From NCBI GenBank assembly GCA_963664875.1, contig OY761611.1, positions 320,001-384,000 of the forward strand: a stretch of DNA of 64,000 nt, in the 5' to 3' direction. The stretch is from Candidatus Kapaibacterium sp. Lineage in GTDB: Bacteria; Bacteroidota; Ignavibacteria; Kapaibacteriales; UBA2268. Under the pieces are notes generated by a model. That model did not search any database and had not been told where the DNA came from. It worked only from the letters and a program-made list of their open reading frames with translations. Shown one piece after another: positions 10,840-22,329 of the stretch (position 1 is its first letter; each line of letters opens with the position of its first letter). Position numbers and translations under genes: made by a program.

Positions 10840-12029
10840 TGTCATTTGAGACCAAAATAATATTGATTGCAATTTTCTTGTATCCTGTTTTGCATACCTA
10901 TTTTTTATATCCTTTTTACTTATTGATACTGAAATTGATATACAAAAAAGGTGTGAAAAAAGACTATGCTTATAAACCATCAGTCTCAATAATTATTTCT
11001 GCATACAACGAAGAACGATTGATAAAAGATTGTGTGCAATCTCTACTTGATTTAGATTATCCTAAAGATAAAATCGAGATTATAGTAGGTTCTGATGGTT
11101 CTAATGACAAAACTTCTGAAATAGTCAGCTCTTTAGCGAAAATGGATAATAGAGTTATTTTGATAGATTACCCTCGCTCCGGCAAAAACAAAGTGTTAAA
11201 TAATACAGTACCTAAAGCAAGAAATGAACTAATTTGTTTTATGGATGCTGATTGTCGGCTGATGTCAAACGGATTATCCGAGCTGACTGCAAATTTTGCA
11301 GATGCAAGTGTTGGTGCTGCGATATGCAGAATGGATTCAATTGGTGAAGATACTGAAAACTCCGGTGGCAAAGGGGAGAAGTTATATCAGGAATATGAGA
11401 TATTCCTTAGAAGTTCTGAGTCAGAAATATATTCAACTGTAAACAGCCTAGGGGCATTCTATGCCATAAGGAAGGAGTATTATAAGCCGCTTCCAAATAC
11501 ACAGGTATGCGATGATTATATGCCGATTTTAGACACTATGGTTGCGGGTAAACGGGTGATATTCGATAAAGATGCGATTGTTAATGAAGTTAGGGAAAAA
11601 TCTTTAGATGACGAATTTGGAAGGAGAGTCCGGGTCTCTGCCGGAGGCTTGGCAACCGTCAAAGAAGCAGCAGTTTTACTCAATCCTTTAGCACAACCTG
11701 TGTCTTTTTTCTTATGGTCACATAAGGTGCTTCGTTGGTTTTCGCCTGTTTTTTTATTGCTTGTTTTAGCTACTACTTTCAGTTTAGATTTTGATAATCC
11801 GTCAACAAAATATATATTATATCCTCAACTATTCCTATATTTGTTAGCACTATTGGGATGGTTTGCAGAAAAAATAAAAATAAATTCCCTGTTTTTAAAA
11901 GTTCCTTTGTTTTTTGTTTCAATGAATATAGGTTTTTTGTTAGCTATATTCAAATTCTTGACAAAAAAGCACGAGGCGCTATGGAGTAGAGATAATCAAC
12001 AAAAGAAATTGAGAAATGAGCAGAGTTAA
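10839..12029 (+). CDS. glycosyltransferase family 2, membrane-bound
   Basis: IISAYNEE, SDGSND, FMDAD, RRVR (QxxRW-like), TM helices. Confidence 0.9.
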   Translation: MSFETKIILIAIFLYPVLHTYFLYPFYLLILKLIYKKGVKKDYAYKPSVSIIISAYNEERLIKDCVQSLLDLDYPKDKIEIIVGSDGSNDKTSEIVSSLAKMDNRVILIDYPRSGKNKVLNNTVPKARNELICFMDADCRLMSNGLSELTANFADASVGAAICRMDSIGEDTENSGGKGEKLYQEYEIFLRSSESEIYSTVNSLGAFYAIRKEYYKPLPNTQVCDDYMPILDTMVAGKRVIFDKDAIVNEVREKSLDDEFGRRVRVSAGGLATVKEAAVLLNPLAQPVSFFLWSHKVLRWFSPVFLLLVLATTFSLDFDNPSTKYILYPQLFLYLLALLGWFAEKIKINSLFLKVPLFFVSMNIGFLLAIFKFLTKKHEALWSRDNQQKKLRNEQS

Positions 12030-13452
12030 AAATTTAATAAAATCTAAAATCTTTCCTTTCCTATTACAGCTTTCATTAGATGTAATAGGTATTGTAATAT
12101 GGTTTATATTATGCTTCTCTTATTATCTCAATTTTAAAATTGAGCAAAGAGGAAGTGAGTTTTATATACCAATAGAATATGTTTTGATAACTTCTGTAGC
12201 ACTTATTGTTTATTGGCTGAGTGTTTTTTTCTTTACGGGTCAATATCGAAACTGGTACGAGAAATCCCCTTTTGATGAGCTATACTCCTTGATCAGAGTA
12301 TCATTTTTTGGTTTTCTGTTTTTAGTATTTCTTATACTTTTAGATGCAGGAAGTACTCCAAAATTACATTTAATTGTTTACTATAGCTTCTTTCTGATAG
12401 CAGTTTATCCCGGAAGAATTATTTCAAGGTATCTCCAGAAAAAGTTTAGAATAATGGAACTAATTTCTATACCAACCGTTATAATTGGGACTTACAAAAA
12501 AGCATCTGAATTTTATTTAAAAACAAAAAGTGCCAAATCATGGGGGTATAGAGCAATAGGGATTGTCCTAACTTCAGATAATGAGATGGATATTTGGAAA
12601 CAATCAAAAAGAGACGATATGCCAATGCTTGGCATGGTAGATGATTTACAAAATATACTTGATATTTATAAACCTTCAGAAGTTATTATTTCCACAGAAA
12701 AACCTAAACATAGTTTGTTAGTTGAGATTGTTTCTAAGTGTGCAGATAATAATTTGAAAGTCAATATAGAACCTGATTTATATGACATATTCACAGGTCA
12801 GACCCGAGCTCAGAATTTGTACGGAATTCCACTTATTGAAGTTAGCACACAGTTACTAAAGCCTTGGCAGGAGATAATAAAACGCATTTTTGATATATTA
12901 TTTAGTCTTGGTGTTTTGATAATTGGTTTACCTATTTGGCTTTTAGTTGCAATAATAATAAAATTAGAATCTTCAGGACCTGTCTTTTACACGCAACCGA
13001 GAGTTGGTAAAGACGGTAGAGTCTTCAAGATTTACAAGTTCAGATCTATGGTTACCAATGCAGATAAACAAAAGCAACAGTGGACCTCTGTAAATGATCC
13101 TCGTGTTACAAAATTCGGTTGGTTCACCAGAAAAACACACTTAGACGAAGTGCCGCAATTTCTGAATGTACTGATTGGTGATATGAGTGTAGTAGGCCCT
13201 CGCCCTGAACAGCCTAAATATGTAGAAGAGTTTTCGAAAGAAGTTAGCTACTACAAAAGAAGATTAAAAGTAAGACCCGGAATTACCGGATGGTGGCAGG
13301 TAAAATATACTGCTCATGAGTTGAACGTAGAAGAAATAAAAAATAGATTGAAAGATGATTTTTATTATATAGAAAATATGTCTCTGAAATTGGATATAGA
13401 GATAATTATCAGAACTGTTTTTATCATGTTCAAATTGCACGGACAAGCATAG
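12016..13452 (+). CDS. undecaprenyl-phosphate sugar phosphotransferase (WcaJ/WbaP-like priming transferase)
   Basis: KRIFDI, YKFRSM, DPRVT, LDEVPQF, MSVVGPRP, RPGITG. Confidence 0.92.
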   Translation: MSRVKNLIKSKIFPFLLQLSLDVIGIVIWFILCFSYYLNFKIEQRGSEFYIPIEYVLITSVALIVYWLSVFFFTGQYRNWYEKSPFDELYSLIRVSFFGFLFLVFLILLDAGSTPKLHLIVYYSFFLIAVYPGRIISRYLQKKFRIMELISIPTVIIGTYKKASEFYLKTKSAKSWGYRAIGIVLTSDNEMDIWKQSKRDDMPMLGMVDDLQNILDIYKPSEVIISTEKPKHSLLVEIVSKCADNNLKVNIEPDLYDIFTGQTRAQNLYGIPLIEVSTQLLKPWQEIIKRIFDILFSLGVLIIGLPIWLLVAIIIKLESSGPVFYTQPRVGKDGRVFKIYKFRSMVTNADKQKQQWTSVNDPRVTKFGWFTRKTHLDEVPQFLNVLIGDMSVVGPRPEQPKYVEEFSKEVSYYKRRLKVRPGITGWWQVKYTAHELNVEEIKNRLKDDFYYIENMSLKLDIEIIIRTVFIMFKLHGQA

Positions 13453-13460
13453 GATTTGAA

Positions 13461-14186
13461 ATGAAAGCGATAGTAGTAATTCCAACTTATAATGAAGTTG
13501 AAAACGTAGAAAACATTGTAAACGCAGTACTTAGTACTGTTCAAGATATAAGTGTATTGGTTGTTGATGATAATTCTCCGGACGGCACTGCAGATGTTGT
13601 TCGTAAGATGATGCAGAGCAATAACAATATACATTTGAAAGTCAGAGCCGGAAAACTCGGCTTAGGCACTGCCTATTGTGAAGGCTTCAAATACTGCCTC
13701 GAAAATGGATTTGAAGCAATATTTGAAATGGATGCTGATTTTTCTCACAATCCCAAAGATGTACCGAGATTACTTGAAGAACTCGAATCAAACAATCTTG
13801 ATTTGGTAATTGGTTCTCGCTATATTAAGGGGTTTAACGTTGAAAATTGGCCTCTTAGCCGTCTTGTTTTAAGTTACGGTGCAAGTGTTTATACAAGAAT
13901 GATAACCGGCATGCCAATTATGGACGCTACCGGAGGTTTCAAATGCTTCAGAGCGTCTGCACTCAAAAATATTGACTTGGATTCAATTCATTCTAACGGT
14001 TACAGTTTCCAGATTGAAATGAATTACAGAATGTGGATCAATAAATTCAAGATAAAAGAAATTTCTATTGTGTTTACTGATAGGCTAAACGGCATCTCCA
14101 AAATGAACAAAAGTATCATTTACGAAGCCATATTTATGGTATGGAAGCTGAGATGGCAGAAGAAAAGTTTTCTTATAAAAAAGTAG
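13461..14186 (+). CDS. polyprenol-phosphate mannose synthase-like GT2 (DPM1/Ppm1 family)
   Basis: IPTYNE, VDDNSPDGT, MDADFSH, GSRY, DATGGFKCFR, GYSFQIE. Confidence 0.9.
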   Translation: MKAIVVIPTYNEVENVENIVNAVLSTVQDISVLVVDDNSPDGTADVVRKMMQSNNNIHLKVRAGKLGLGTAYCEGFKYCLENGFEAIFEMDADFSHNPKDVPRLLEELESNNLDLVIGSRYIKGFNVENWPLSRLVLSYGASVYTRMITGMPIMDATGGFKCFRASALKNIDLDSIHSNGYSFQIEMNYRMWINKFKIKEISIVFTDRLNGISKMNKSIIYEAIFMVWKLRWQKKSFLIKK

Positions 14187-14205
14187 CCGGGAATTATATT
14201 ATATC

Positions 14206-16146
14206 TTGAATTACCTATACGATATATCAATTGTTATTGTCAATTACAATGTCAAAGATTTTTTAAAGCAATGCCTTGATTCTATCAGAGAATCTTCAAA
14301 TAATTTAAAAGTAGAGACAATTGTCGTTGATAATGATTCGCAAGATGGCTCTGTAGAGCTATTAGAACCTCTATACCCGGAAGTTAATTTCATTGCCTCA
14401 AAAGAAAATTTAGGGTTTGGTAGAGCGAATAATTTAGGGTTTGATATATCAAGAGGAAAATACATTCTAATCCTGAACCCTGATACGATACTTAATGAAG
14501 ATACATTAGAAATAATGTACGATTACATGGAGAATAATCCCCACGTAGGGATTTCCGGATGTAAAGTACTCAATTCTGATGGCTCTTTCCAATTAGCTTG
14601 CCGCAGAGGTTTTCCTACTCCATGGGCAGCCTTTTCAAAACTATTTGGCCTTCAAAAAGTATTTCCCAATTCTAAATTGTTTGCACAGTACAATCAGACA
14701 TTTAGATCTGTTGATGAAACTTACTATATAGATGCTGTTATCGGTGCTTTTATGTTTTCGAGAGCCGATGTAATTAAAAGTGTCAATGGATTTGACCCTG
14801 AGTTTTTTATGTACGGAGAAGATTTAGATTTATGTTTTAGAGTGCAGCAAGCCGGTTACAAAATTGCATATAATCATACAACTTCTATTATTCACTATAA
14901 AGGTGAAAGCACTAAGAGAAGCTCAATAAACGAAGTTAAACACTTCTATGAAGCAATGGAGATATTTGCCCGTAAACACTTCGGGAAATCTGCGGTTTTA
15001 CTCAAATTTCTTAGATTAGGAATATATCTCAGAGCCGGTGCAGCTTATTTGAACAAATATAAACATGATCTGTTTTACATTTTAGCAGATTTGTTTTCAA
15101 TAAACTTTGCTTTGTTGCTTGCCACAAAAATTCGTACAGGTGCTTTTCTTGGTTTGTTGGAGATAACTTATCCATTTATCTTCATTCTATTCGGCTTAGT
15201 CGTTTTTGCTTCAATATTTTCAGTCGGTGGCTATTTCGAAAGGAAATACGGCATTGCAAAAGCATTTTACGGATTGATGGTAAGTTTCTTTGTCCTTAGC
15301 TCACTTACATATCTCTTTAAGGAATTTGATTACACAAGTCGTGGAATATTACTTCTTACAGTTAGTTTTGCATCTATTTTTACAACTGCCAGCCGAATTG
15401 TAGGGCTGACTATAAAACGCGTTTTTGCAAAAAAATCTCTTCGCAGGGTGGCTTTTGTAGGTCAAAACGAACATACGGAAAGTTTGATTGCAGAACTCCA
15501 AAAGTCTAATCCCGAACAACTTGTATTAGAAGGAATAATAGTCACAGAAACTGCTGAAAACCTTACGCCTAAATATAATTATCTTGGAAGATTTGATGAT
15601 ATTGAAAAAATTATTGGCGAAAGCAATCTGAACGAAATCATAATCACAGATAAAAGTATTTCAAGAAGTAGTATTATGAACATCCTTTCCAAAATATCAC
15701 ACCTGAATGTGCGTTTTCATATTGCACATGAGTATGAGGATTTGATATTTTCGAGATTGGTGAGTGAGATAACTGGAGCAGGTCCTGATGTACCTCAAAA
15801 TAAATTGGCTATCCCAAGATACAGATTTTTCAAAAGAGGCTTTGATTTACTTTTTTCTTTTGCATTTCTGACAATTTTATCTCCTTTGTTTCTTTCTAAA
15901 TTCGGTCTCAAAAAATACAAAAACTTATTATCTGTAGTGAGTGGTAGAAAGTCTTTAATCGGAACTGCAAAATCAAATCAAAGTGTTGATAAATCCAGAA
16001 AAGAAGGTATATTTTCGCTTTTAGACTTATCTGCCAATGTTATTGAGTCAGAGCAAACAAGCAACAATCTCAATAATTATTATTTGCAAAACTACAATTT
16101 TTACTTAGATTTAGAAATATTATTCAAAATACTATTTAGAAGATAA
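14206..16146 (+). CDS. GT2 glycosyltransferase fused to TM helices, a Rossmann-like domain and a degenerate phosphoglycosyltransferase tail
   Basis: [28 protein letters not shown]; C-terminal FKRGFDL...SLIG...YLDLEIL; TTG start. Confidence 0.82.
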   Translation: MNYLYDISIVIVNYNVKDFLKQCLDSIRESSNNLKVETIVVDNDSQDGSVELLEPLYPEVNFIASKENLGFGRANNLGFDISRGKYILILNPDTILNEDTLEIMYDYMENNPHVGISGCKVLNSDGSFQLACRRGFPTPWAAFSKLFGLQKVFPNSKLFAQYNQTFRSVDETYYIDAVIGAFMFSRADVIKSVNGFDPEFFMYGEDLDLCFRVQQAGYKIAYNHTTSIIHYKGESTKRSSINEVKHFYEAMEIFARKHFGKSAVLLKFLRLGIYLRAGAAYLNKYKHDLFYILADLFSINFALLLATKIRTGAFLGLLEITYPFIFILFGLVVFASIFSVGGYFERKYGIAKAFYGLMVSFFVLSSLTYLFKEFDYTSRGILLLTVSFASIFTTASRIVGLTIKRVFAKKSLRRVAFVGQNEHTESLIAELQKSNPEQLVLEGIIVTETAENLTPKYNYLGRFDDIEKIIGESNLNEIIITDKSISRSSIMNILSKISHLNVRFHIAHEYEDLIFSRLVSEITGAGPDVPQNKLAIPRYRFFKRGFDLLFSFAFLTILSPLFLSKFGLKKYKNLLSVVSGRKSLIGTAKSNQSVDKSRKEGIFSLLDLSANVIESEQTSNNLNNYYLQNYNFYLDLEILFKILFRR

Positions 16147-17099
16147 TGGCAAAAATTATATTAGAGTTCGAAAAACCAATAGTAGAACTCGAAAAGAAAA
16201 TCGAAGAAATGAAAGCTCTTAGTGAAGAGTTGGATATAAGCGATGAAATAGTAAAGTTGGAAGCGAAAGTCGAAGAGCTTCGTGCAGATATTTACAAAAA
16301 CTTAACTCGTTGGCAAAGAGTTCAATTAGCACGACATCCAGAAAGACCCATAACTTCAGACTATATTAGTAATATGTTTTCTGATTTTATGGAACTACAT
16401 GGCGACAGGAAATTTAAAGATGACCCTGCTATTATAGGCGGCATGGCATACTTAGGCGACCAACCTGTGATGGTAGTAGGTCACCAAAAAGGACGAGATA
16501 CAAAATCGAATCTTTACAGAAATTTTGGTATGTCTAATCCGGAAGGTTATAGAAAAGCAGCCAGACTTTTTGCCATGGCTGAAAAATTTAACCGACCAAT
16601 TATTACTATTTTGGATACACCCGGTGCTTTCCCCGGTCTGGAAGCAGAAGAAAGAGGTCAAGCTGAAGCAATAGCTGCAAATCTATTGCAAATGAGCTCT
16701 TTAAAAGTACCCATAATTGTTGTTGTTATTGGAGAGGGTGCTTCAGGAGGTGCTATTGGCATCGGAGTCGGTGATAGAATTCTTATGCTTGAAAATGCAT
16801 GGTACTCAGTTATTTCCCCTGAGTCATGTTCTTCTATTCTTTGGAGAAGCTGGGACTATAAAGAACAAGCAGCTGAAGCATTAAAATTAACTGCAATAGA
16901 CTTACTCGAGCAGAAAATTATTGACAGAATTATTGAAGAGCCTATAGGAGGAGCCCACAGGAATCCTTCAGCAATTTTCGAAAATCTTAAGACTGTTTTG
17001 ATTGAAGAACTTGAAGAACTCAAATCAAAAAATACGAATTTATTAGTTTCTAATCGCAGACAAAAATTCTACGAAATGGGTGTTTGGGAAAATAAATAG
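16146..17099 (+). CDS. accA: acetyl-CoA carboxylase carboxyltransferase alpha subunit
   Basis: [43 protein letters not shown]. Confidence 0.97.
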   Translation: MAKIILEFEKPIVELEKKIEEMKALSEELDISDEIVKLEAKVEELRADIYKNLTRWQRVQLARHPERPITSDYISNMFSDFMELHGDRKFKDDPAIIGGMAYLGDQPVMVVGHQKGRDTKSNLYRNFGMSNPEGYRKAARLFAMAEKFNRPIITILDTPGAFPGLEAEERGQAEAIAANLLQMSSLKVPIIVVVIGEGASGGAIGIGVGDRILMLENAWYSVISPESCSSILWRSWDYKEQAAEALKLTAIDLLEQKIIDRIIEEPIGGAHRNPSAIFENLKTVLIEELEELKSKNTNLLVSNRRQKFYEMGVWENK

Positions 17100-17160
17100 A
17101 ACTTTAGATTAACAATATTAAGTTGAATGGTAAGAGATAACAAAAAGAAAGGATATTAGA

Positions 17161-17763
17161 TTGAAATTGTTAGTAAATTGGTTACGAAAAGCAAAGGAAT
17201 GGACTGAAAGTTTTGCTGAAAAAAAATATGCCATGTTAGCTATATTTCTGCTTGCTTTTGCAGAATCATCATTTTTCCTGATTCCGCCTGACGTTTTATT
17301 GATTGCCATCGCTGTATCAATGCCGAAAAAATCATATAAAGCTGCTTTTTGGTGTACTATAGGATCTGTTTTAGGAGGTATTTTTGGCTATTACATAGGC
17401 TATTCTCTAATGGATTCTATCGGGATGCCTATAGTAGAATTCTACCATGCACAAGAAACGTGGGCAATGCTTCAAGAAAAATTTCAAGGTGATGTTGGAA
17501 TTGGATTTTTGGCAGCTGCAGCTTTTTCACCCATACCCTATAAAATAGCAACAATTTCAGCGGGAGCAACCCACATGGACTTAGCTTATTTTATAGGCAT
17601 ATCTTCGATTGGCAGAGCTGCAAGATTCTTTATTGTTGCGTCTCTGTTTTGGTTTGCCGGTCCTAAAATAAAGGATTATATAGAAAAATACTTTGATAAA
17701 CTTTCTCTTGCTTTTGTGATACTTTTGGTGCTCGGATTTGTTGCAGTGAAATTGGTATTTTAA
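17161..17763 (+). CDS. YqaA/DedA (VTT) family membrane protein
   Basis: AESSFFLIPPDVLL, FSPIPYK, GRAARFF motifs. Confidence 0.88.
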   Translation: MKLLVNWLRKAKEWTESFAEKKYAMLAIFLLAFAESSFFLIPPDVLLIAIAVSMPKKSYKAAFWCTIGSVLGGIFGYYIGYSLMDSIGMPIVEFYHAQETWAMLQEKFQGDVGIGFLAAAAFSPIPYKIATISAGATHMDLAYFIGISSIGRAARFFIVASLFWFAGPKIKDYIEKYFDKLSLAFVILLVLGFVAVKLVF

Positions 17764-18921
17764 TTGAAAAAAATATTATACGTTTGGGATAAACACTACC
17801 CTTGGGATGTAAGAACCGAAAAAATTACAGAAAGTCTTGCTTTAGCAGGATACGATGTCCACGTCCTTGCCAGATGGAAGGGAGAAGAAAAAGAAAACGA
17901 GCAGTTTGCTAATGTCAAAATAAGAAGAGTTGGTTATAAAAGTCCTGCAATCTTAACATTACCCATATATGGGAATCTTTTTTGGAATTCGGCAATAAGA
18001 AAAGCAGTTAAAGAACTTAAGCCGGATTTGATAATAGTACGAGAAATAATTTTAGGAATTCAAACCGGAAAAATTGCGAAATCTTTCAATATTCCGATAA
18101 TTATGGATATGGCAGAAAATTATCCGGCAGCTATGAGAGATTGGAAAGAGTATAACCAAAATGCAGTTCTTCGTTTTCTTGTCCATTCTCTAAAGATACC
18201 TGATTGGATAGAGAAGAAAAGCGTCAAACTGATGTCTGGTATAATTACAGTATGCAAGGAACAAAACAGCAGATTATCAGATTCTTATAGCTACCCATTG
18301 CAAAATTGCGTTGTTGTACATAATACTCCACTGAAAGGAAGTATTACAAGCAATCCATTAACTCAGAATCAAATAATTACCTTTTGTCATCACGGTCATT
18401 TGACATCAGAAAAAGACGTATCGAAGTTTGTAAAAGCATTTATTGCTGCTTGTGATAAAAAGAATAATTTATATCTGAAATTGGCAGGAGGCGGGCATTG
18501 CTTAGACGATTTGAAGCAGATAGTCTCTGCATCCAAGCATGAGAATAAAATCGATTTCTTAGGTAAATACGATTATAAAGACTTATCAAAAATCCTTGCT
18601 TCATGTAACATCGGAGTAATTCCATATCAAATAAGCGACTTTAATCAATACACTATACACAATAAAATCTTTGACTATTTTGCAGCCGGCAGACCTGTCT
18701 TAGTTTCCGAAAATAATCCCCAAAAAAGGGTAATCGAAGAAACAAATGCCGGATGGATAGCTGACTGTGAAAATATTGAAGAACTGACAAAAGTTATTCT
18801 TTCAATTGCTGATACAGATTTACAACCATTTTCTAAAAATGCCATTGAAGCATCTAATAAGTATTGCTGGGAAAATGATTTTAAATCACTTCTTGACTTT
18901 GTCAATAAATTTATAAAGTGA
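17764..18921 (+). CDS. glycosyltransferase family 4
   Basis: YPWDVR N-terminus, HNKIFDYFAAGRPV GT-B motif. Confidence 0.85.
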   Translation: MKKILYVWDKHYPWDVRTEKITESLALAGYDVHVLARWKGEEKENEQFANVKIRRVGYKSPAILTLPIYGNLFWNSAIRKAVKELKPDLIIVREIILGIQTGKIAKSFNIPIIMDMAENYPAAMRDWKEYNQNAVLRFLVHSLKIPDWIEKKSVKLMSGIITVCKEQNSRLSDSYSYPLQNCVVVHNTPLKGSITSNPLTQNQIITFCHHGHLTSEKDVSKFVKAFIAACDKKNNLYLKLAGGGHCLDDLKQIVSASKHENKIDFLGKYDYKDLSKILASCNIGVIPYQISDFNQYTIHNKIFDYFAAGRPVLVSENNPQKRVIEETNAGWIADCENIEELTKVILSIADTDLQPFSKNAIEASNKYCWENDFKSLLDFVNKFIK

Positions 18922-18922
18922 T

Positions 18923-21739
18923 TCACGCAATAGAATGTACACTCGGTAGTGAAAATTTGAAACTGCTACCTTGCCCTTCAACACTCTCTACCCAAATTTT
19001 GCCGTTGTTTTTTTCGACAAACTCCTTACAAAGAATAAGGCCCAAACCGGTACCTTCTTCTTTTTGAACACCTATTGTAGTATGATGCACATCTATTCTA
19101 AAAAGTTTACTAATATCTTCTTGAGAAATACCAATGCCATCGTCTTTGACTTCGAATGCAACAATATTTTCCTGTTCAAACGCATTTATTTCAATATTGC
19201 CGCCCTCGGGAGTAAATTTTAGAGCATTAGACACAAGATTTCTTATTACAGTTTCTACCATATTGCTATCGCAATAACATACTAAATCCTCATCAATGTT
19301 ATTTGCTAAATTGATATGTTTCTTCATAGCTTTTGTGCTTAGCAGTTTTGAGACTTTGTTTGCTAAGTAATGCATATCTATATAGTCAGGATTGAAATTA
19401 ATCGTTCCGCTTTGGCTTCTTGACCATTGTAATAGATTTTGCAGTAGTTCGGTCACATGAGTAACACTACTGTGGATTTGTTTGATATTGTCATCAAGAT
19501 TTTTACTGTCGCCTCTTTGATTATTTTTAATAACCATGTGAGATGCTAACAAAATTTCCTGAAGTGGATTTTTTAAATCATGAGCAATGATAGAAAAGAA
19601 TTTATCTTTTGCAGCATTAGCTTCTTTGAGTTTCTGCTCAGATACTTTGAGTTTTTTCTCGGCTTTACGAATGTCAGTAATATCATTTAATACACCGATT
19701 ATGCCTCCGACAGACATATCATTGTTATAGAATGTTGCCTTGTTCACTATACAGATTCGTTCGTAATTGTGTAAGTTTAGCACAGTTTCAATTGATTTTA
19801 TACCCGGATTCGTTTGGAGTTCGGTATCAAGTTTGTGGAACATATCAGCTTCTTCCTGAGGCAACAAATCATGGACTGTTTTCCCAATTATGTCTGATTT
19901 TTCTAAATTAAAGAATTTTTGATAGTGTTTGTTGCAACCTAAGTAAATACCATTTGTGTCTTTATAATATAAAGGATTTGGTATGTCTTCTACTAATGTT
20001 TCTAAAAATTTGTTTTTATTTTGTATGTCCTCCTGGTGCCTTTTGCGTGCAGTGATATTGATAATTACTGCTATTACTGCTTCCGCTTTACCATCATTGT
20101 CCTTAAGAACTGAAGCAGAGACGTCACCCCAGAAAACATTACCATTTTTATCTATATACCTATTCTCTATATGGTAGTTTTTTTGCTTGCCATCAACCAA
20201 ACTTTTGAAAAGATAGTCTGTTTTGAAAACATCTTCAGGATTTACAACATCTTTATAAGTTAGCTTTAGAGCCTCATCTGCTGAATATTTATACATATCA
20301 GACCATGCTCTATTGATAAATTTGATGTTGCCGTTAGTATCAAAAATGCAAATAGCGACAATTGCATTGTTAAATATAGCAGTTAGCTTGTTCTTATTAG
20401 AACTGAGTTCCAGATTTATAGTTTCTAATTCTGCCTTTTGAGCAAGTATTTCTTTGTTTTTGATTTCCATCAAATTGTTTTCATGTTGATTTTTTTGATA
20501 CCTGCGGAAAAGCAAAAATGCAAGAATCATACTAAGAATAGCTATTACTATCAAAAAAGTTTCAACCTGACGTTTTGTAGATGCTTCATTTTGCGAAACA
20601 GCTATGTTTTTTTCTGTGTCGTGCAATTCGCTAAGAAGACTCAATTTCTTAATTGACTCTGTCTGGATAGCTTGATGGAGTGAATCTCGTAATGTACATT
20701 TTTCAAGTAAAACACCATCAGCCAATTCAAATTTCTTCTGTGCTTTTAGAAGCTCATACTTAGTATCTAAAATCAACATCTTTAAATCAGGTGTGTTTTC
20801 AGCTTCAGTTAATGCGGTGGCCAAAGAAAAATAGTGCTCAGCAGAATCAATCTGCTGTTTAAAAGAATATATTTTGCTAAAGCGCAACAATGTATTTATC
20901 TGCAGATGATTATCATTAGACACAATTACATCATCTAAGCAATCGAAAAGATAATCAATAGATGTTTCAAAATCTTTCTTTTTGAAATACATATCTGCAA
21001 GATTAAACTTGGTGCGTGCAATCTGTCCAATATTATTAGTAGTTTTAAATTGAGCAATGGTTTTAACAAAATATACTTTTGCAGAATCATATTGTTCCAT
21101 ATCTGCAAATATCAAAGCCTTATTATTAGATGCAAAAGCAAGGAGTTTAAAATTTTGTAGTTCTATGGCAAGACTGTAAGCATTGTTTATATATTCTATA
21201 GCTTTGGAATGTTGTTTAGTATTCCAATAAACTTTTGCAAGTGTAAAATAGAATTTTAGTTCTAATTCTTTATCTACAATATTTTTTGCTTTTTCTAATC
21301 CTTTGAAAGCATATTTGAAGCTATTATCAAAAGATTCTAAATTGATAAATAAATTACTTAACTGATAATCTGCAATCGCATCTTTGTCAATCATCTCAAG
21401 TTCTTCAAAGACAGCTTGTGACTTTTTCAAATTTGTAAAAGCAGGTAAGTAATTGCCCATTTTGTTTTGAAATATTGCATATTCTAAATCAATTAGAGCA
21501 ATAAGTGATTTTTCCTGTGACTTACTAATCTCGCTGTAAGCTTCTTTGTAAAGGATGTAAGCTTCCTCTGCATTATTTCCGGGTAAGCTTTTCAAAAGAG
21601 AAATGTATAACTCTGTTTTTTCGTTATACGTTTTACTTTTTCTGAGTGCATCGTATAAACTATCAATTTTGTTATTTGCAAAACTAATGCTTATATTTAA
21701 TGTTGCTATAAACAGCAGAACGATATATATATTTTTCAT
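18923..21739 (-). CDS. membrane sensor histidine kinase: periplasmic TPR, TM, two PAS, HisKA, HATPase
   Basis: Signal peptide from ATG 21739 (MKNIYIV), TPR helices, KDKFFSIIAHDLKNP, NLVSNALKF, DDGIG, GTGLGL. Confidence 0.9.
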   Translation of the reverse strand: MKNIYIVLLFIATLNISISFANNKIDSLYDALRKSKTYNEKTELYISLLKSLPGNNAEEAYILYKEAYSEISKSQEKSLIALIDLEYAIFQNKMGNYLPAFTNLKKSQAVFEELEMIDKDAIADYQLSNLFINLESFDNSFKYAFKGLEKAKNIVDKELELKFYFTLAKVYWNTKQHSKAIEYINNAYSLAIELQNFKLLAFASNNKALIFADMEQYDSAKVYFVKTIAQFKTTNNIGQIARTKFNLADMYFKKKDFETSIDYLFDCLDDVIVSNDNHLQINTLLRFSKIYSFKQQIDSAEHYFSLATALTEAENTPDLKMLILDTKYELLKAQKKFELADGVLLEKCTLRDSLHQAIQTESIKKLSLLSELHDTEKNIAVSQNEASTKRQVETFLIVIAILSMILAFLLFRRYQKNQHENNLMEIKNKEILAQKAELETINLELSSNKNKLTAIFNNAIVAICIFDTNGNIKFINRAWSDMYKYSADEALKLTYKDVVNPEDVFKTDYLFKSLVDGKQKNYHIENRYIDKNGNVFWGDVSASVLKDNDGKAEAVIAVIINITARKRHQEDIQNKNKFLETLVEDIPNPLYYKDTNGIYLGCNKHYQKFFNLEKSDIIGKTVHDLLPQEEADMFHKLDTELQTNPGIKSIETVLNLHNYERICIVNKATFYNNDMSVGGIIGVLNDITDIRKAEKKLKVSEQKLKEANAAKDKFFSIIAHDLKNPLQEILLASHMVIKNNQRGDSKNLDDNIKQIHSSVTHVTELLQNLLQWSRSQSGTINFNPDYIDMHYLANKVSKLLSTKAMKKHINLANNIDEDLVCYCDSNMVETVIRNLVSNALKFTPEGGNIEINAFEQENIVAFEVKDDGIGISQEDISKLFRIDVHHTTIGVQKEEGTGLGLILCKEFVEKNNGKIWVESVEGQGSSFKFSLPSVHSIA

Positions 21740-21853
21740 TATCTCACTTGCTGAGTAAAAAAGTATGCTTTGATTTTTGTAGTAGATGACAAATATATAT
21801 AGATAATTGTTTGTCAATCTGCTTAAAATATAAACTAATAAAAACTTAACACA

Positions 21854-22324
21854 ATGCCAAAAATCATATCAAATACAATACAATTTCACATAGCTAAATA
21901 TAATGATTCTGCTAATAGATTCGAACATCTTCTGCTCAAAAGAGCAAGTAATGCAAAACTATATCCCAATGTATGGCAGGTAGTTACAGGCACAATAGAA
22001 TCAGGAGAAACAGCACTTGCCACGGCAAAAAGAGAATTAGAAGAAGAGACAAAATTATCAACATTAAAAATATGGACTTTGCCTTATATAACGCAATATT
22101 TTGATGTAAAAAATGATGCAATTGGATTAGCTCCTTGCTTTGCGGCGTTAGTCGGAAAAGATAGTCGAGTTATATTATCAAAAGAACACAGTGAATATAA
22201 ATGGTGTGTACTGGAAGAAGCAGTAGATATATTGCCTTTACCATCGCATAAAGAGGCTGCTGAGGTTTTCGAAAAATGTATTTTAGAGAATCATCTTCAA
22301 AAAATGTTTGAAATAACAATATAA
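21854..22324 (+). CDS. NUDIX hydrolase (NudB-like)
   Basis: WQVVTGTIESGETALATAKRELEEET Nudix box; EHSEYKW. Confidence 0.88.
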   Translation: MPKIISNTIQFHIAKYNDSANRFEHLLLKRASNAKLYPNVWQVVTGTIESGETALATAKRELEEETKLSTLKIWTLPYITQYFDVKNDAIGLAPCFAALVGKDSRVILSKEHSEYKWCVLEEAVDILPLPSHKEAAEVFEKCILENHLQKMFEITI

Positions 22325-22329
22325 AAGGT

